Assembly: GCA_964035545.1 (NCBI GenBank) | Contig: OZ037769.1 | Span: 10,756,633-10,820,632, forward strand | Direction: 5' to 3' | Length of the DNA: 64,000 nucleotides | From: Bugula neritina | Taxonomy: Eukaryota; Animalia; Bryozoa | In this document: positions 37,316 through 50,531 of the stretch, piece after piece | How the letters are laid out: every line of letters starts with the position of its first letter | Numbering within the stretch: position 1 is the first letter of the stretch | Made by a program: the position numbers and the translations under genes | Notes under the pieces: model-generated | Databases searched by the model: none | Seen by the model: the letters and a program-made list of their open reading frames with translations, nothing else | What the model was told of the DNA's origin: nothing

Positions 37316-39258
37316 TGTCACTAACACTGAGTCTACTATATCCATTACTCTATTTTTGAAATGCTAATTTTTATTAACACACTATTTTCCAGAATTATGG
37401 TGTTTTGTTAGAGCCTAGACTGGTTTGTTTTTCTCCCTGCGTTCAGTCAAGTTACTATATTGTGAATTTTTTGACAATATGCATGACTATTATCTCAAGG
37501 TATTGTAAATATTTGGGGCTCATTAACCTATAAAAAACTGTTTCAGTACAAGTCTAGCATGCAGTATTGGATAATAAATATTTTAGGATTGGCAAATAAG
37601 CTTCGTTTTAATATAAGATGATTGAGGTGGATATTTAGTAGGTGATTTCAGCTTTTATTTAGTATCGGCAAGCACTTCGTAATTGCTAGCCCATTTAAAG
37701 TAGTAACTTAGTTACCTGGCTATTAGCTGCTTTCCTGAATTTATGTAATATTAGCAGTTATGATTTTAAATTGGTGCAAGATTGGTAATGTAACAAGGTA
37801 ATGGTTAGTTACTAGGATAATGTTATAAAGAAGTTTTCAGAGAGGATAGCAAGATAGCTCTCTAATATTAAATAAGGGCTGCAATAGAGATGTTTATACA
37901 TACTCCTTTATACATATTCTCCGTAATTTTGTTTTGTTTTTGTTTTTGGCAAATTCTTTATTTTTGTGCATCAGCTCATTGATTTATTATTGCTTTTTAT
38001 ATAGTAAAGTCCTAAATTGTATTAATTTTATTGATTAAGTAATAATAAATATTTCAAATAAAAACAATTATTACTCTTTCCTTTCATGTAACAAAATGTA
38101 GACTGAACCATAAGTGAATACATAGATACAGGTTTATAGGTCGAGTACAGCTCTTGGAGTTCAGAGGTAACATTCACCTAATGAATTTGCGCAGCTGAAA
38201 GTTTCATAGAAGAACCAAGAAAGTTCATGCAGCAATATGAACGCCAACATTGTTTTCAATGGCGATATCCAAATTTAGATTACAAGGTTAGATAACAATA
38301 TCTGTAAATAAAGTGGACCTAAACCTAGAAATCATCTGGTCTGCTACCTTGATTTGTTTTTACTGAATTGCACTTGATAATTGTAATACTAAAATAAGAT
38401 CACCTACATTTTATGAACTTTTATAGTTTTATAGAGTATTGCACACATTGTGGTTATAGTTTATGAATGCACATGGTACAAAGATGTTCGTTTCAGTTAT
38501 AACTTTAAAAAGCAAGTGTTATGATGTTACCAGTAATTTTAAATTTGCACCAACTTGAACAACCATAGTAAGCACAATTATCAAGTTATAAAACATTCAA
38601 GAATGCTAATAAACTATTTTTAAAACCCATAAAGGGAGTGCCTTCAATGTCCGCTGTATTGTACTAAAAGGTATACATACAGCTAGCCACTAAAGGGTTT
38701 ATGTTTAGAATAATAGGTGGATACACTGTGAGGCAGACTGAAATAATCTGATCCAGTCTTTTTCTCTTGAGTAAGTGTTGGATAGTAACACTTAGGCTGT
38801 TACCAAAATCATTTTTAAAATGGCATGCTCTTGCCAAAATGGAATAGCAAGCCTCATCACCAGCAAAGAATTGTATGCTTGGGTACAATAATTTCAACAC
38901 TGCCAGATTCAATGTCCTAAAATTTAAGTTTATTGTTTAAAAATTTTCATAAAAATGTTTCCAAAATACAATCTTAGACTAAAAAGGTGACAACCAATTT
39001 CTTTGCCTTTCCGCAAATGAAATATATGAGGCATCATAAAACTAAAACACTCTCCACAAAATATGAAGTAAAACAAACACCTTTCCATCGCCATCAAATA
39101 AGTAAAAGAGCAAGAGGAACGAATGGTTAGCTTGGGTGATGACAGGCAAAACAAGTGGGCTGACAGAAGTAAATGTAGACAGCGTAGATTAGAGGCTGAA
39201 CAGATATAGAGATGGTAGCAAAACTATTTCACAGGAAGGAATCAATTGGGTTAAAAAT

Positions 39259-42200
39259 TTAACTAGCTTGAGCTTTTTTAGAACATTCCACTGCTTTTCT
39301 GGCTGCTTCTTCAAATCCATTCACTGAAATGATAGGAAGTTGACTTTCGGCGAGAATCTTCTTAGCTGCTTCAACATTCTGGCCTGACAACATAGAAGGA
39401 CATATCAATGGTTAATTATATTCAATCACAGTTGTCCTGAGAAGCTGACTACCTTCACAACTCATTAGACTACCTACACAACTCATTAGACTACCTACAC
39501 AACTCATTAGACTACCTACACAACTCATTAGACTACCTACACAACTCATCAGACTACCTACACAACCCATTAGACTACCTACACAACTCATTAGACTACC
39601 TACACAACTCATTAGACTACCTACACAACTCATTAGACTACCTACACAACTCATCAGACTACCTACATAACTCATTAGACTACCTACACAACTCATCAGA
39701 CTACCTACACAACTCATTAGACTACCTACACAACTCATCAGATCACCTACACAACTAATTAGACTACCTACACAACTCATTAGACTACCTACACAACTCA
39801 TCAGACTACCTACACAACTCATCAGACTACCTACACAACTCATCAGACTACCTACACAACTCATCAGACTACCTACAGAACTCATTAGACTACCTACACA
39901 ACCCATCAGACTACCTACACAACTCATCAGACTACCTACACAACTCATCAGACTACCTAGACAACTCATTAGACTACCTACACAACGCATTAGACTACCT
40001 ACACAACTCATTAGACTACCTACACAACTCATCAGATCACCTACATCAATTGTTGACTACATAAGCATCATAATAACAGAGTAAAGGAAGGCTACACCTA
40101 GCTTCTCCTCAACTTACCTTCAAGTCTTACTATGAGAGGCAGGTTTAATCCCAAGGCCTTAGCAGCATTGACTATACCCGTAGCTACAGTAGCACAGTTT
40201 ACTATACCTCCAAATATATTCACCAAAACAGAGTTGACCTGAAAATAAATAATACAAGAAAGTATAAACCAAATTTAGTTAAGTGTGGTAAGTGACTGTA
40301 GCAATCATACTAAGAATTACTTGGATAAAACTGAGGGTATGTTGGTAGCAACTGGGAAACGCATAGTAAGTGGACATATATCTAGAACTTGCTTAGAAAG
40401 CAAACATAATGATATACTATTTAGTCTATACCATTAGTAATTAAAGATTATTAGTTTGCATATGTAGCGAACATTTTTATTGACTACTTATATCATCAGA
40501 GTAGAATGAACACAGTCACTGCTAACCACCTAATGCAGGTGCAGACTTACATGCTTATCATTCAATAGCAGAGCAAATGCCTTGTGCACCTGTTCCTCGT
40601 TCACACCCCCTCCACAGTCGAGGAAGTTGGCCGGCTCCCCGCCACACAGTTTAATCATATCCATAGTAGCCATGGCTAGGCCTGCTCCATTCACTATATA
40701 ACAAAATATACAATCTAAACTTTCATACAAAGAAATAGAGTTCTGTAACTCCTCAAGAACGGGTAGCTGTGTGTGAGCAAAGGCTGACTGACACATTGTA
40801 ACCAGGGTTCTCTCCCCAGTGGGATGGGGGATAACTGAGCCCCGCAAACCAAAAGCTAGCTGCTATAATATGAATCAAAGTGCTTATGATTGATCAGACA
40901 GCACACTCATGTTTGACTACATGAAAGAAATATAATCATGTGAGTGAGTTATCAATTGGCTGTGTATAAATCACTTATTTGTTGACTCTGACACAAATGC
41001 TACATTGCTGCTGCAGATTTAACACACCAAACTGCTTGGTAATATTTTAAAAGAAGAAAAATATTGTTTTCTACCCGCTGTTATACTGAACAAATCTGTT
41101 AGACAAAGACTATGCACAATCAGCATACATGGTGTAAGTACTCCTGTAAGCATAAGCAAGAGATGTGATATGACATATTAGTGTGACATGTTCACTACAG
41201 GCCTTACCAAAACAACCAATGCTTCCTTCCAATCCAATATAATTTAAATTATTTTTCTCAGCTTCAATTTCCCTCGCATCAACTTCAGCTTTGTCATCCA
41301 TAGCAAATATCTACCAACAAGGATAATATGAGACCCATACGATATATATGTATGTTCGACATAATCCATGGCAGTCTTCACTCACAAAAGATACCTTGCA
41401 TACCATACTAATAACACGAATACAAACAAACTAAGACCACCCAAACCACAAAGCAAAGAACAGAATACGATGGCTAACAAATAATAAATATACATATAAA
41501 GATAAAACACATATAAATATACATAAATATTTTACACATCCAAACACATGCTTACATCTTTTTGGCGATACGCTGCGTTTTCATCAAAACTAACTTTAGA
41601 GTCAAAGCACACAACGTCACCACTGGGAGTCTTGCCAAATGGATTTATCTCCACCTGAGTAGCATCAACACTCAGGAAAAACTTGTACATTCTTTTGATT
41701 TGCTCAGCTGCCTAAGAAAATAATAAATAATTGATATTCTTCATAAAATGTATCATAAAAGTGCATAGACAGCTTCCTCCATATCTCACTAAGTTGTGGT
41801 GTCCTGAAACCTCTAGTTCTGACATAGAAGAACATAAGATTTTACTCATGAACCAGTTGAATTCAGATATTTCGTCCCTATACACACATATATATACATA
41901 AGCTACAAAACAGGGGTCCAAGCTCTTTTCGTGAGACACAGAGAGAGCACTGCATATCTAGATTATAGAATAGAGAGATATATGTGCTTACAATGAATGA
42001 AATATATATTTACATTTCAAAGTTCAACTATATAGACACTTGCAGTGAATGTACTACCTATTTAGATTACAGAGTCTAAATAAATTTTACAGTGCTGTTA
42101 GTAGCAACATGTTTAATGCTAAACTGAACGTCAACAGCAAGTTCCTAAGAGCTTAGAAAAAAACAAACTGAAAATATATTCTTTGTTACTGTAAAGTTGT

Positions 42201-45200
42201 TACATTTTAACCTTGGCTGCTTTGCCTTCAGAAGAATTCAGCTAGAAGTGAGACTGCCAATATTCAAAGTATAAGAAATTTAAAAATAAAATTTGATTCT
42301 CATTTTTAACTCAATGAACGTTGTCAACAGCTAACCTGGCTATGAGAATTTCCTGTGAAGCCCAGATTACTGGCCATCTTATCAGCCTGCTCATCTGTTA
42401 TCCCCTTCATAATGTCGATGGCATCCTGTGTACGCAAGATAAAAACAAGTATAGTAAAATGATGATAACTCCAACAAAATTTAATTACCAACTCATGAGA
42501 AAATTAACATGCAGTAAACAATCAGCTTTTCAGTAGTGACTCCCTCGAACCTGTTGGGTAAACTATCATGGTAGGACACTACATGGTGAGACATTATCAT
42601 GGTGGGACATTATCATGGTGGGACATTATCATGGTGGTACAAAAATGGCCGTTGCCACTTCACCTCATTTTTTTCTTAGATTATTTGAAAAATGTTACCT
42701 TAAAAATGTGTAACATACTAATTAAAATTTTCAACGATAATCTGCTGTTCTAAGTAGATTGTCCAAACTGGAGAGCCGTGACATAACATAAAATTATAAC
42801 TCACTAAGTTTAAAGAAGCTGTTATTCTTTGAAAGCATCAAGCTATCATATAGTGCAGGAGTCTAAGGGTCATTTTACTTATTTTAGTACACACTGGAAA
42901 TATCCAGTTTTTAGCTATTTTTTTACAATTTAGCTGCTAATGAACATGGTTTTTTTGCCCAAAACTAGTAAAATATAAATGGACAAACCTAAATGATCAA
43001 GGTTCTTCCTAATTTTGCTTGATTTCCTATGGTTTTTCCTAATTATTCAGCTACTTTTGATTGCAGAGTGTTATGAAAAGACCATTACTCTCCGAAATCA
43101 AAAATTGCTGAATAATTAGAAAAAAACATGGGAAATCAAGCAAAATTAAAAAGAACCTTGATTATTTAGGTGTATTCATTTATATTTTAAAAGTTTTGGG
43201 CAAAAAACCATGTTCACTAGCAGCTAAATCGTATTAAATAGCAAAAAACTGGATATTTCCAGTGTGTACTAAATTAAGTAAAATGGCCCATAAACTATGC
43301 AATAACTATACAATAATATCTAGTATAATACACGCATTCCAATAGACTGCATCACAGCACAACTATGCAGTAAAGTGAGACTCACGGTAAAGATGGCGTC
43401 TGGATTATCCTCAGCAACCTGTTCAATGTCTACCCCGCCCTCTGGGCTCCCAATCATCACTGGTCCATTGTGCTCCCGGTCCATTAGGATGGCAAAGTAC
43501 GTCTCACTAGCAATGTCCAGTGCCTGACCGATGGACACCTTCAACATAATCCTACAGGTGGTCAACTTGTCATTCGTTGGTTAAATAAGTTTCTGGTATT
43601 TTTAAACAAATCGGAAGAAAAATTTTATGTATATGTATGTGCAAATGCATATTAATGTATAAAATATTATATATGGTCGAGCCGGCAACTTTTCAAGTAC
43701 CAAAAACCAACACAACACATGACAATGGCTACTCTTTCTGACCGATTATTCAACTGGAATCTAAACAAAAAGTGAAACTCCCATAAATTAGCAGCACTGT
43801 AAACTGTTATCCATTGCAAATGTTTAAAGATTAGGGACTAAATAGTTGAAAGCAAGCCAATACCTTCTTTACTAGAACTCCATCTGCAGTCGTCTGCTTA
43901 GTTACCAGTCTGTTACCCAACATCTGTTTCACTATACGCTGTACCTCTGAACGACTGCAAACAATAATTATTGCAAAGTGAAAATACAGAGCAATGGTAA
44001 AATTAAACTGTTTATGTTGTCATAACAGTTGTTGTGTATGGTTAAAAAGAATGGTTTATTTGGAGTTGCCTTTCAATAGATAGATAGTATAGTGATAGGA
44101 AACCACTGCGCAGAAGTACAGTAGCTTTTGAGTACTAGAGAGCAATGTGATTACTGATTACTGTGATTAACTAAGCTCATTCAGGTATTTGCAGTTTTTA
44201 GTATATACAGCATATTCAGTTCCAATTTTTCAGTTTTTGTATTTGCTGTGAGAATTTAGATTTTCAACTTATGGCTTTAATAGTCACCAACACATACATA
44301 TTTTCTGCATTAATTATTATCATCAGCTAGTAAAAGGTGCTTCTATTTGAATCTGCTACATTATCAATTTGGTGAATATCAATAAAATGTAAAATGAAGT
44401 TCATTTTTCCTGAGTAAAAAGGGCTAATTATAAAGATTTCATGAAGTCTAAATCGTATGAAACAAAATTAGCAATTCAATTTTGTTTCAACTCATGGCCT
44501 CAAAACCGAATCAGCAAAGTTTAATCAGCAACTGTGAGCTTTCTGATAAATCAACTACTTGACTTTTCATCAACAACTTTAACTTACTATGAGAGCTACT
44601 TACTCTTTTGTTAGATGTACTCCTCCTTTGAAACCATTGTCAAAGTGACCTTTGCCCTTACCACCAGCTAAGATCTGAGCTTTAATAACAAATTCTTCTG
44701 CTTTTGTTTCATTATCTGAAACATTTCACAATGCATATCAACATAATGTTGTATAGATAATATATTTCTTCCTTAAATGAAATGTAAATTCACCCCCCCC
44801 CCCCCCACTACAAACAGCCCTAGATTTATATTCTTCCTCAAGTTTTGGTGGATAGAATTTTAGGTATTACAGCAGTCGATTTAAGCCATTTTTAGAAGAT
44901 ATAGGGCCAGTTTTGTAATTATCAACAATGTGGGTACACAACTCCCAATATTGTACATAGAACAAACCATAGTTGGAGTGAGTCACAATATTTATGGCTA
45001 AACTTCAATACATATATAGAGAGTTGAAGAAGTTATACAGAGCCAATACAGAATATCGTTAGGATATTTACAGAGGTCTGTGGTAAGCTGTTCCACTTCA
45101 TCAGCATTTGAAGCTACACGAAACTTCTGAATGGTAATTCCATGGTCAGAGAGAATCTGTTTGCTTTGGTATTCTTGGAGAGAAAGATTTCGGTGTGAGA

Positions 45201-45834
45201 GCATGCCCAGAATTCCATTGTTGAGCTTCTAAATATACAATATCATTTTGAACATGGCCAATATGGCACTATCAGCTACATTACACACAAATATAAATGC
45301 ATGAATACAGAATACGAGGTGAGATGTCAAAATTATAGTTACTATTTCCATGTTTAATTAAAAGCTACTTGTGCTCAAGAATAAAGGAAATATTAGAAAA
45401 AATATTGGAGAGAAAAAAGATATTAAAAAGAAAGTAAAACAAATATGAAGATAACTGACCAAATGCAAACATAGAAAATTTACATAATTGAAAATGTTAG
45501 TCTGCATTTATATTGAAAGCAGAAAACCCACATTGTAGCAAGGGTCCTTGAAGGCATACCAAAAAGGTTAGTTGTATGACAACACGGTATTAATGATAGC
45601 TGACAAAATTCAATGGTTATTGCACCCATACTGCATCTTATTGTAAAATGATTGTAACACTACCATACTCAACTAGAGTTAAACATAGTTTAATCCATTT
45701 TAATAGTGACACTGCTACACCTATGCAACAGGTAATTATATTACATATATATAACCACCAACCTCTGAGTTGGGTTTAAAAAGAGCTTGCTTTAGAAGTC
45801 TTTGGCAGCTTCTCCAATGGCAATAGCTTTGCAT
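39259..45834 (-). CDS. SUCLG2: Succinate-CoA ligase [GDP-forming] beta subunit, mitochondrial, ~440 aa, 11 coding exons
   Basis: Exons 45834-45763, 45228-45072, 44715-44604, 43954-43864, 43538-43386, 42425-42336, 41711-41556, 41310-41208, 40693-40551, 40238-40118, 39383-39259. [62 protein letters not shown]; [10 protein letters not shown] is the GDP-forming type (the ATP-forming subunit has GGIMRCD). Confidence 0.95.
39447..40045 (-). repeat. 21-bp minisatellite (~28 units) filling the last SUCLG2 intron
   Basis: Plus strand acctacacaactcattagact; sense strand agtctaatgagttgtgtag|gt. Confidence 0.95.
41770..41952 (-). mobile_element. Third copy of the CAGTGCT MITE family
   Basis: Reverse complement CAGTGCTCTCTCTGTGTCTCACG...GCTTGGACCCCTGTTTTGTAGCTTATG...ATAGGGACGAAAT aligns by eye with the 21901 and 24403 copies. 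Confidence 0.7.
42867..43289. mobile_element. Fold-back MITE with ~200-bp inverted arms
   Basis: GGGTCATTTTACTTATTTTAGTACACACTGGAAATATCCAG... / ...CTGGATATTTCCAGTGTGTACTAAATTAAGTAAAATGGCCC; near-palindromic over its whole length. Confidence 0.85.
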
Positions 45835-46849
45835 TGCTAATTTCCAAGTTGAAATCTTAAAGTAAAATTAAAAGTCAAAGACAGTCCAATGGCAACTCAA
45901 TTTTAATTAGTTATAGAAAATGTATCAATGTAAATATGAATATCTCTTAGACCTACTTCTAATCTTATTACTGTTATATTAGCTAGTAGTAGTTATACTG
46001 TACTCGCAGTAGACTAGGTAATTAGTCTCACAGTCATGTTGACAATAATGAATATTTTTCAATCATCAGCAGACATATTCAAAGTAACTACCTGATAGTC
46101 ACAGCATTATTATAATCAACAGATCACTATGATCTTTATACTTAGATATCAGTTACAATAACTAGTTGAGCATATGTCAGACCATAAACAACTGTAACAG
46201 TTGATTAACATGTAAATAGCTGAGTAAAGGTTACATTGACTAAAGTTAACTTAATAAAACTGTTAAATCGATTTGCTTAGCTAGACAACTTGATTTGAAA
46301 AACTTGATAGACTAGCTTCAAGTATTCAAAATTTAGGTAAATTGTTAATAGCATAATGACATAAAAGTTTTAATGCTTAATAAATTATTATTTTGATGCT
46401 TTTACAAAGCTTTATTGAGAAGTGTAATTCATAAAGTTTAGCTTTCAACTGCATTATTTATTATTTTATATAGCTAAATATTAATTTCAAGATAGCTGGA
46501 GTATGAGCTGCAAATTAATTATTTCACTTATTTATTTAACCTGCTGAATTTCTACCCAATTTCTATTAATTTTAATAAACAATATTTTTAAAATAAACAC
46601 TATAAATAAAATATATGTATTATTAATACATTAACTTTATCAAATAATTGCGAGTCAAATCAAATTGACTCCAGTCAAGTCATACCATTAGATTGATGGA
46701 CTTGAGCTAGACTTGATTTGAATGCTTTTGCCTAAATCATGAAGCTAACAACTGAGTATGACTTGACTTGCTGTGATTTCAACCCAGCTCATAGCCTATG
46801 CAATTGTAATGATAGTGTTTATCTCAATTATCCTAATTATACTTATAGG

Positions 46850-47950
46850 TATATCAAATATAGTAAAACTAAATGTTATATATAATTTATATATTTATAA
46901 TGTAACTATACTAGTATAACTATAATTATATGTATTATGTATAAACTAATATATTATCAATTAACACTCACTGTTCACTTTGTCTTGGTCAAAGTTTATG
47001 TTATGCTATAACTAAAAGTAAAACTCTATAGACTATAACATTCTAAGTTCAACTTATGACTTAGTCTAATACTTATACTACTAACTATAAGTATAAGACT
47101 AAGGTACCTAGGGTTAGTAAGTATAACTATTAGTATTAGTATAATTATAATGCATATGAATATCATTATGATATTCATAATCATCAAATACTAATCAATG
47201 TGAATATCATAATCATTGCTGTAATTACCATTGCTATTGTGAACTGTACAGTATCAGTATTAGTACACACTTACTCTTACTTACTCTTAGTCTTACACTC
47301 TTACAGTATCATTATGACTATCACTATCATACTCAGTATGAATATCATTATGACTATCACTATCAGTATCACTATTATTATCAGTATTAGTATGACTATG
47401 GCTCATAATATAACTAAGAGTATAAATATAACATTAATAATAATAAAAGTAATGGTGACTGTGATAGTCATAGTTCATTTTAACATACTCATACTATACT
47501 CGTAGTGAATAAGTGATACTGATAGTCATACTGATACTCATTAGATCGAATGATAAGACTAAGTATAACTTATACTACAGTTTTAAGTATAAGGTATACT
47601 ATTGATATTATGAGTATTATTATTAGTATTACTATTAGTATTAGTATTACTATTAGTATTAGTGTATTACTATTACTATTAGTATTACTATTAGTAATAT
47701 TCATAGTCATACTGATACTGATACTGTAATATTAATAGCCTTACAGTAAGTGTAACTGAGTAAGTCACTCTTAGACTTACTCTTAAGTCATAGTCTTAGA
47801 CCAGTAACTAAACTAACAGTAACCTAGTCTTAGTAATCAAGTAACTAATGACTTAGAATGAGATTAATATTATCATTATGATTATAAAACATTAACATAT
47901 CTTAGACTTAATCACTTATAGTTATAATTATAAGATTAAGTTATATGTTT
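46850..47950. repeat. AT-rich (AnT)n low-complexity block downstream of the SUCLG2 promoter
   Basis: attatgactatcactatcagtatcactattattatcagtattagtatg; tattagtattactattagtattag. Confidence 0.75.
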
Positions 47951-47979
47951 TATTACTTTTACTAAAAGTGTAACAGCTT

Positions 47980-48350
47980 TGACAGCCACAGGTTCTGAAA
48001 TCTAAACTACACAGTCAATGGCTGAAAGTGCATGAGTTACCTAATACTACTACTCAGTAAATCAGTAATTCTAAATGTAATGCAGAAATAGGTGTGGGAT
48101 CTCTGCCAACTACTGCATCACTATACTATAGTCAAAACAACCGCTAAAAACTAAAAGAGAATTTATGCTTTAGGTTAGCTAAATTGCGTGCTGCTTATAT
48201 TTTTAATGGAATATATTTAAAGGCTCTGACCTTGACCAGCCGGGTGCTATTTCAACATTATCCTCCCAATGCCAAGGTAGGATAACTCAGCGTGCACCTA
48301 ATAATTGTTTTACAGCAGTAGCAAATTCTTCAAAAGGGACCTTTGATTGT
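47980..48350 (-). promoter_or_regulatory. Putative SUCLG2 promoter / first exon region
   Basis: CpG-containing, higher-complexity patch upstream of SUCLG2; TGACCTTGACC at 48227-48237; candidate donor AG|GTAACT (plus-strand agttacct, ~48035). Confidence 0.45.
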
Positions 48351-48510
48351 TCATGTTTTATATAAAATATATTGTGTTTCGATGTAAATTTTTCTGTTTC
48401 GTGCCAATCTTTATCATTAACTATTAAGGCATTAACTGACATAATGTATTAGGACAAATATATGTATATATATAATATCACATATTATATACGTATATTT
48501 GTCCCATTAC

Positions 48511-48740
<230 letters not shown>

Positions 48741-49300
48741 TCCCACATTTCTAGCATCTAAATCCTTCACATTGTTAGTTAAGGTTCAATATTGTTTTGT
48801 ATTAAATGGTAAATCAAAATTTCATATTTTTTATATTCATATACTAATTGTTATCTCCATACATAGTACATTATAATGGCAACATTAAATATACACGATG
48901 CAGAGGTTATGCACCATGCTACAAAAGATGGTATAATTAGTTTAACAACCGCATGCATACTTCCACATATGTCAACATATTATGAACTTCTGTGCATGGT
49001 AGCATGGTCTACTAACCTAATAGTTATAGCATTATACTTTTTAGTTATAAGATACTTAACTTATTTCTTCATATCAGAGCTCATGCTACATAATGGGTAA
49101 TAAGAAGAGAGCCTTCTTAACTAATTCTCTCTCTCTCTCTCCCTCCCCCTCCCTCTCCTCCTCTCCCTCCTAGAGGAGCTTGCCTGAAACTATTGTCACA
49201 TACAGACAGACAAAGAGCATGTAATTATAAATGCATACGTGAATTGTGGTAGTTGTTAGTATTCGGCTGTGTACTTTACACAGTAAACTGTAAAAACTAC

Positions 49301-49372
49301 TGCCCCCACTGGAATCGAAATCGATCCACAGTCTTCCAACTATGAGTCAGGTTACCGGAGAATCACACTACA
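49301..49372 (-). pseudogene. Degenerate tRNA-like / SINE head (copy A)
   Basis: Minus strand TGTAGTGTGATTCTCCGGTAACCTGACTCATAGTTGGAAGACTGTGGATCGATTTCGATTCCAGTGGGGGCA followed by GTAGTTTTT. Confidence 0.45.
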
Positions 49373-49498
49373 TTCTAGGCAGTTCTCTACTGCCCTTCTC
49401 CCCAACTACTCTATTGGGTTTTGGGCTACACCGGCACCTCAGGTCAGTAGGAGTAGTACTTAACATCATTCAGGGTCAAATTAGCTTGTAAAACTTTC

Positions 49499-49563
49499 TG
49501 CCCACACCTGGAATCGAACCAGTCTTTTAACTTGCAAGCTAGCGTGCTACCCATCACACTATA
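49499..49563 (-). pseudogene. Degenerate tRNA-like / SINE head (copy B)
   Basis: Minus strand TATAGTGTGATGGGTAGCACGCTAGCTTGCAAGTTAAAAGACTGGTTCGATTCCAGGTGTGGGCA (A box TAGTGTGATGG, B box GGTTCGATTCC) followed by GAAAGTTTT. Confidence 0.55.
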
Positions 49564-49632
49564 AAAGCTACTGGAAAACCACAACATTTTTACACTTATA
49601 ATAAATAATCTTTCTAGATTGAATCAGCGTTC

Positions 49633-49636
<4 letters not shown>

Positions 49637-49681
<45 letters not shown>

Positions 49682-49696
49682 AGGGAGGGGGAGAGA
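49637..49696. repeat. (GA)n/poly-G tract, mirrored by a (CT)n/C-rich tract at 49126-49170
   Basis: Directly visible. Confidence 0.9.
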
Positions 49697-50531
49697 ATTG
49701 TTTCCTATAGCCAGTAGGTAGAGGTTTCAAAAATAGAGGAAGCAAAAGTATAACATATACTTTTTTGGAACATGTATAATTGTGTATGTATACTGTACGT
49801 TCAGAAAATAAAAGCCAAATCTTTCTTTAGAGCCTTTCACTTGCCACCCTCATATCATAATGATGATGATCATACTAAGATGTTGGATAGCCTTCAGAAA
49901 TCAACATGGTGGCACGAGTCTTTGAGCTACAAGAGCTAAAGTGTTGAAGTTAATGAAAACTCAACAAAAATAACATCTTATACCAGTCTGAGGGTGTATA
50001 TATTACACCACATCCTCATTTCTTCCATTTCACTGAAGAGGTATTTCAGAAAGAGTTTTAACGGTAAAAAATGTTAATAAGTAATATATGTAACATATTT
50101 TATTTATTGACTCATTACAAACAATCGTGAGTCTACAAAAATAAGACGGAATGAATAGAAAGTTACCATAACATACAAAGGCAAGATAATAATGAGGTCA
50201 TACTGGTAGGCAAGCACTCGTTTATAAAATGCACATGCCGGTGCAACACTATTTTATTTTACTCATAATATCAAGTTGTTAAAAAAGAACTTGACATAGG
50301 TCAAGCAACAAATATACATGATTTTGTCATCAGACATAATAAAAACTTGTTAAATAATATCTGGAAACATCCAGTTATGTGACCATAGACTGATGCCAAT
50401 TTAGTTTAAATATTAACAGAGAGAGACTACTTGCTAGATGTCACAAGATGAAATCTATGCTCATAAGTATACATATTATATATAAAAAATAAATTATTAT
50501 GCAAACTATTTTCATATATATGTAAGTTTAG

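Noticed and set aside
37313-37324. Possible stop-codon readthrough of Rab18 (TAG TGT CAC TAA)
   Set aside because: CYC* is already a valid CXC prenylation end; no readthrough context is evident.
39412-40032. 206-aa (MSCVGSL)n ORF; superficially CRISPR-like array
   Set aside because: Head-to-tail 21-bp units with no unique spacers and no cas genes, inside a eukaryotic intron.
49301-49563. Functional tRNA genes
   Set aside because: Acceptor and anticodon stems do not pair cleanly and the spacing is irregular; kept only as tRNA-like remnants.
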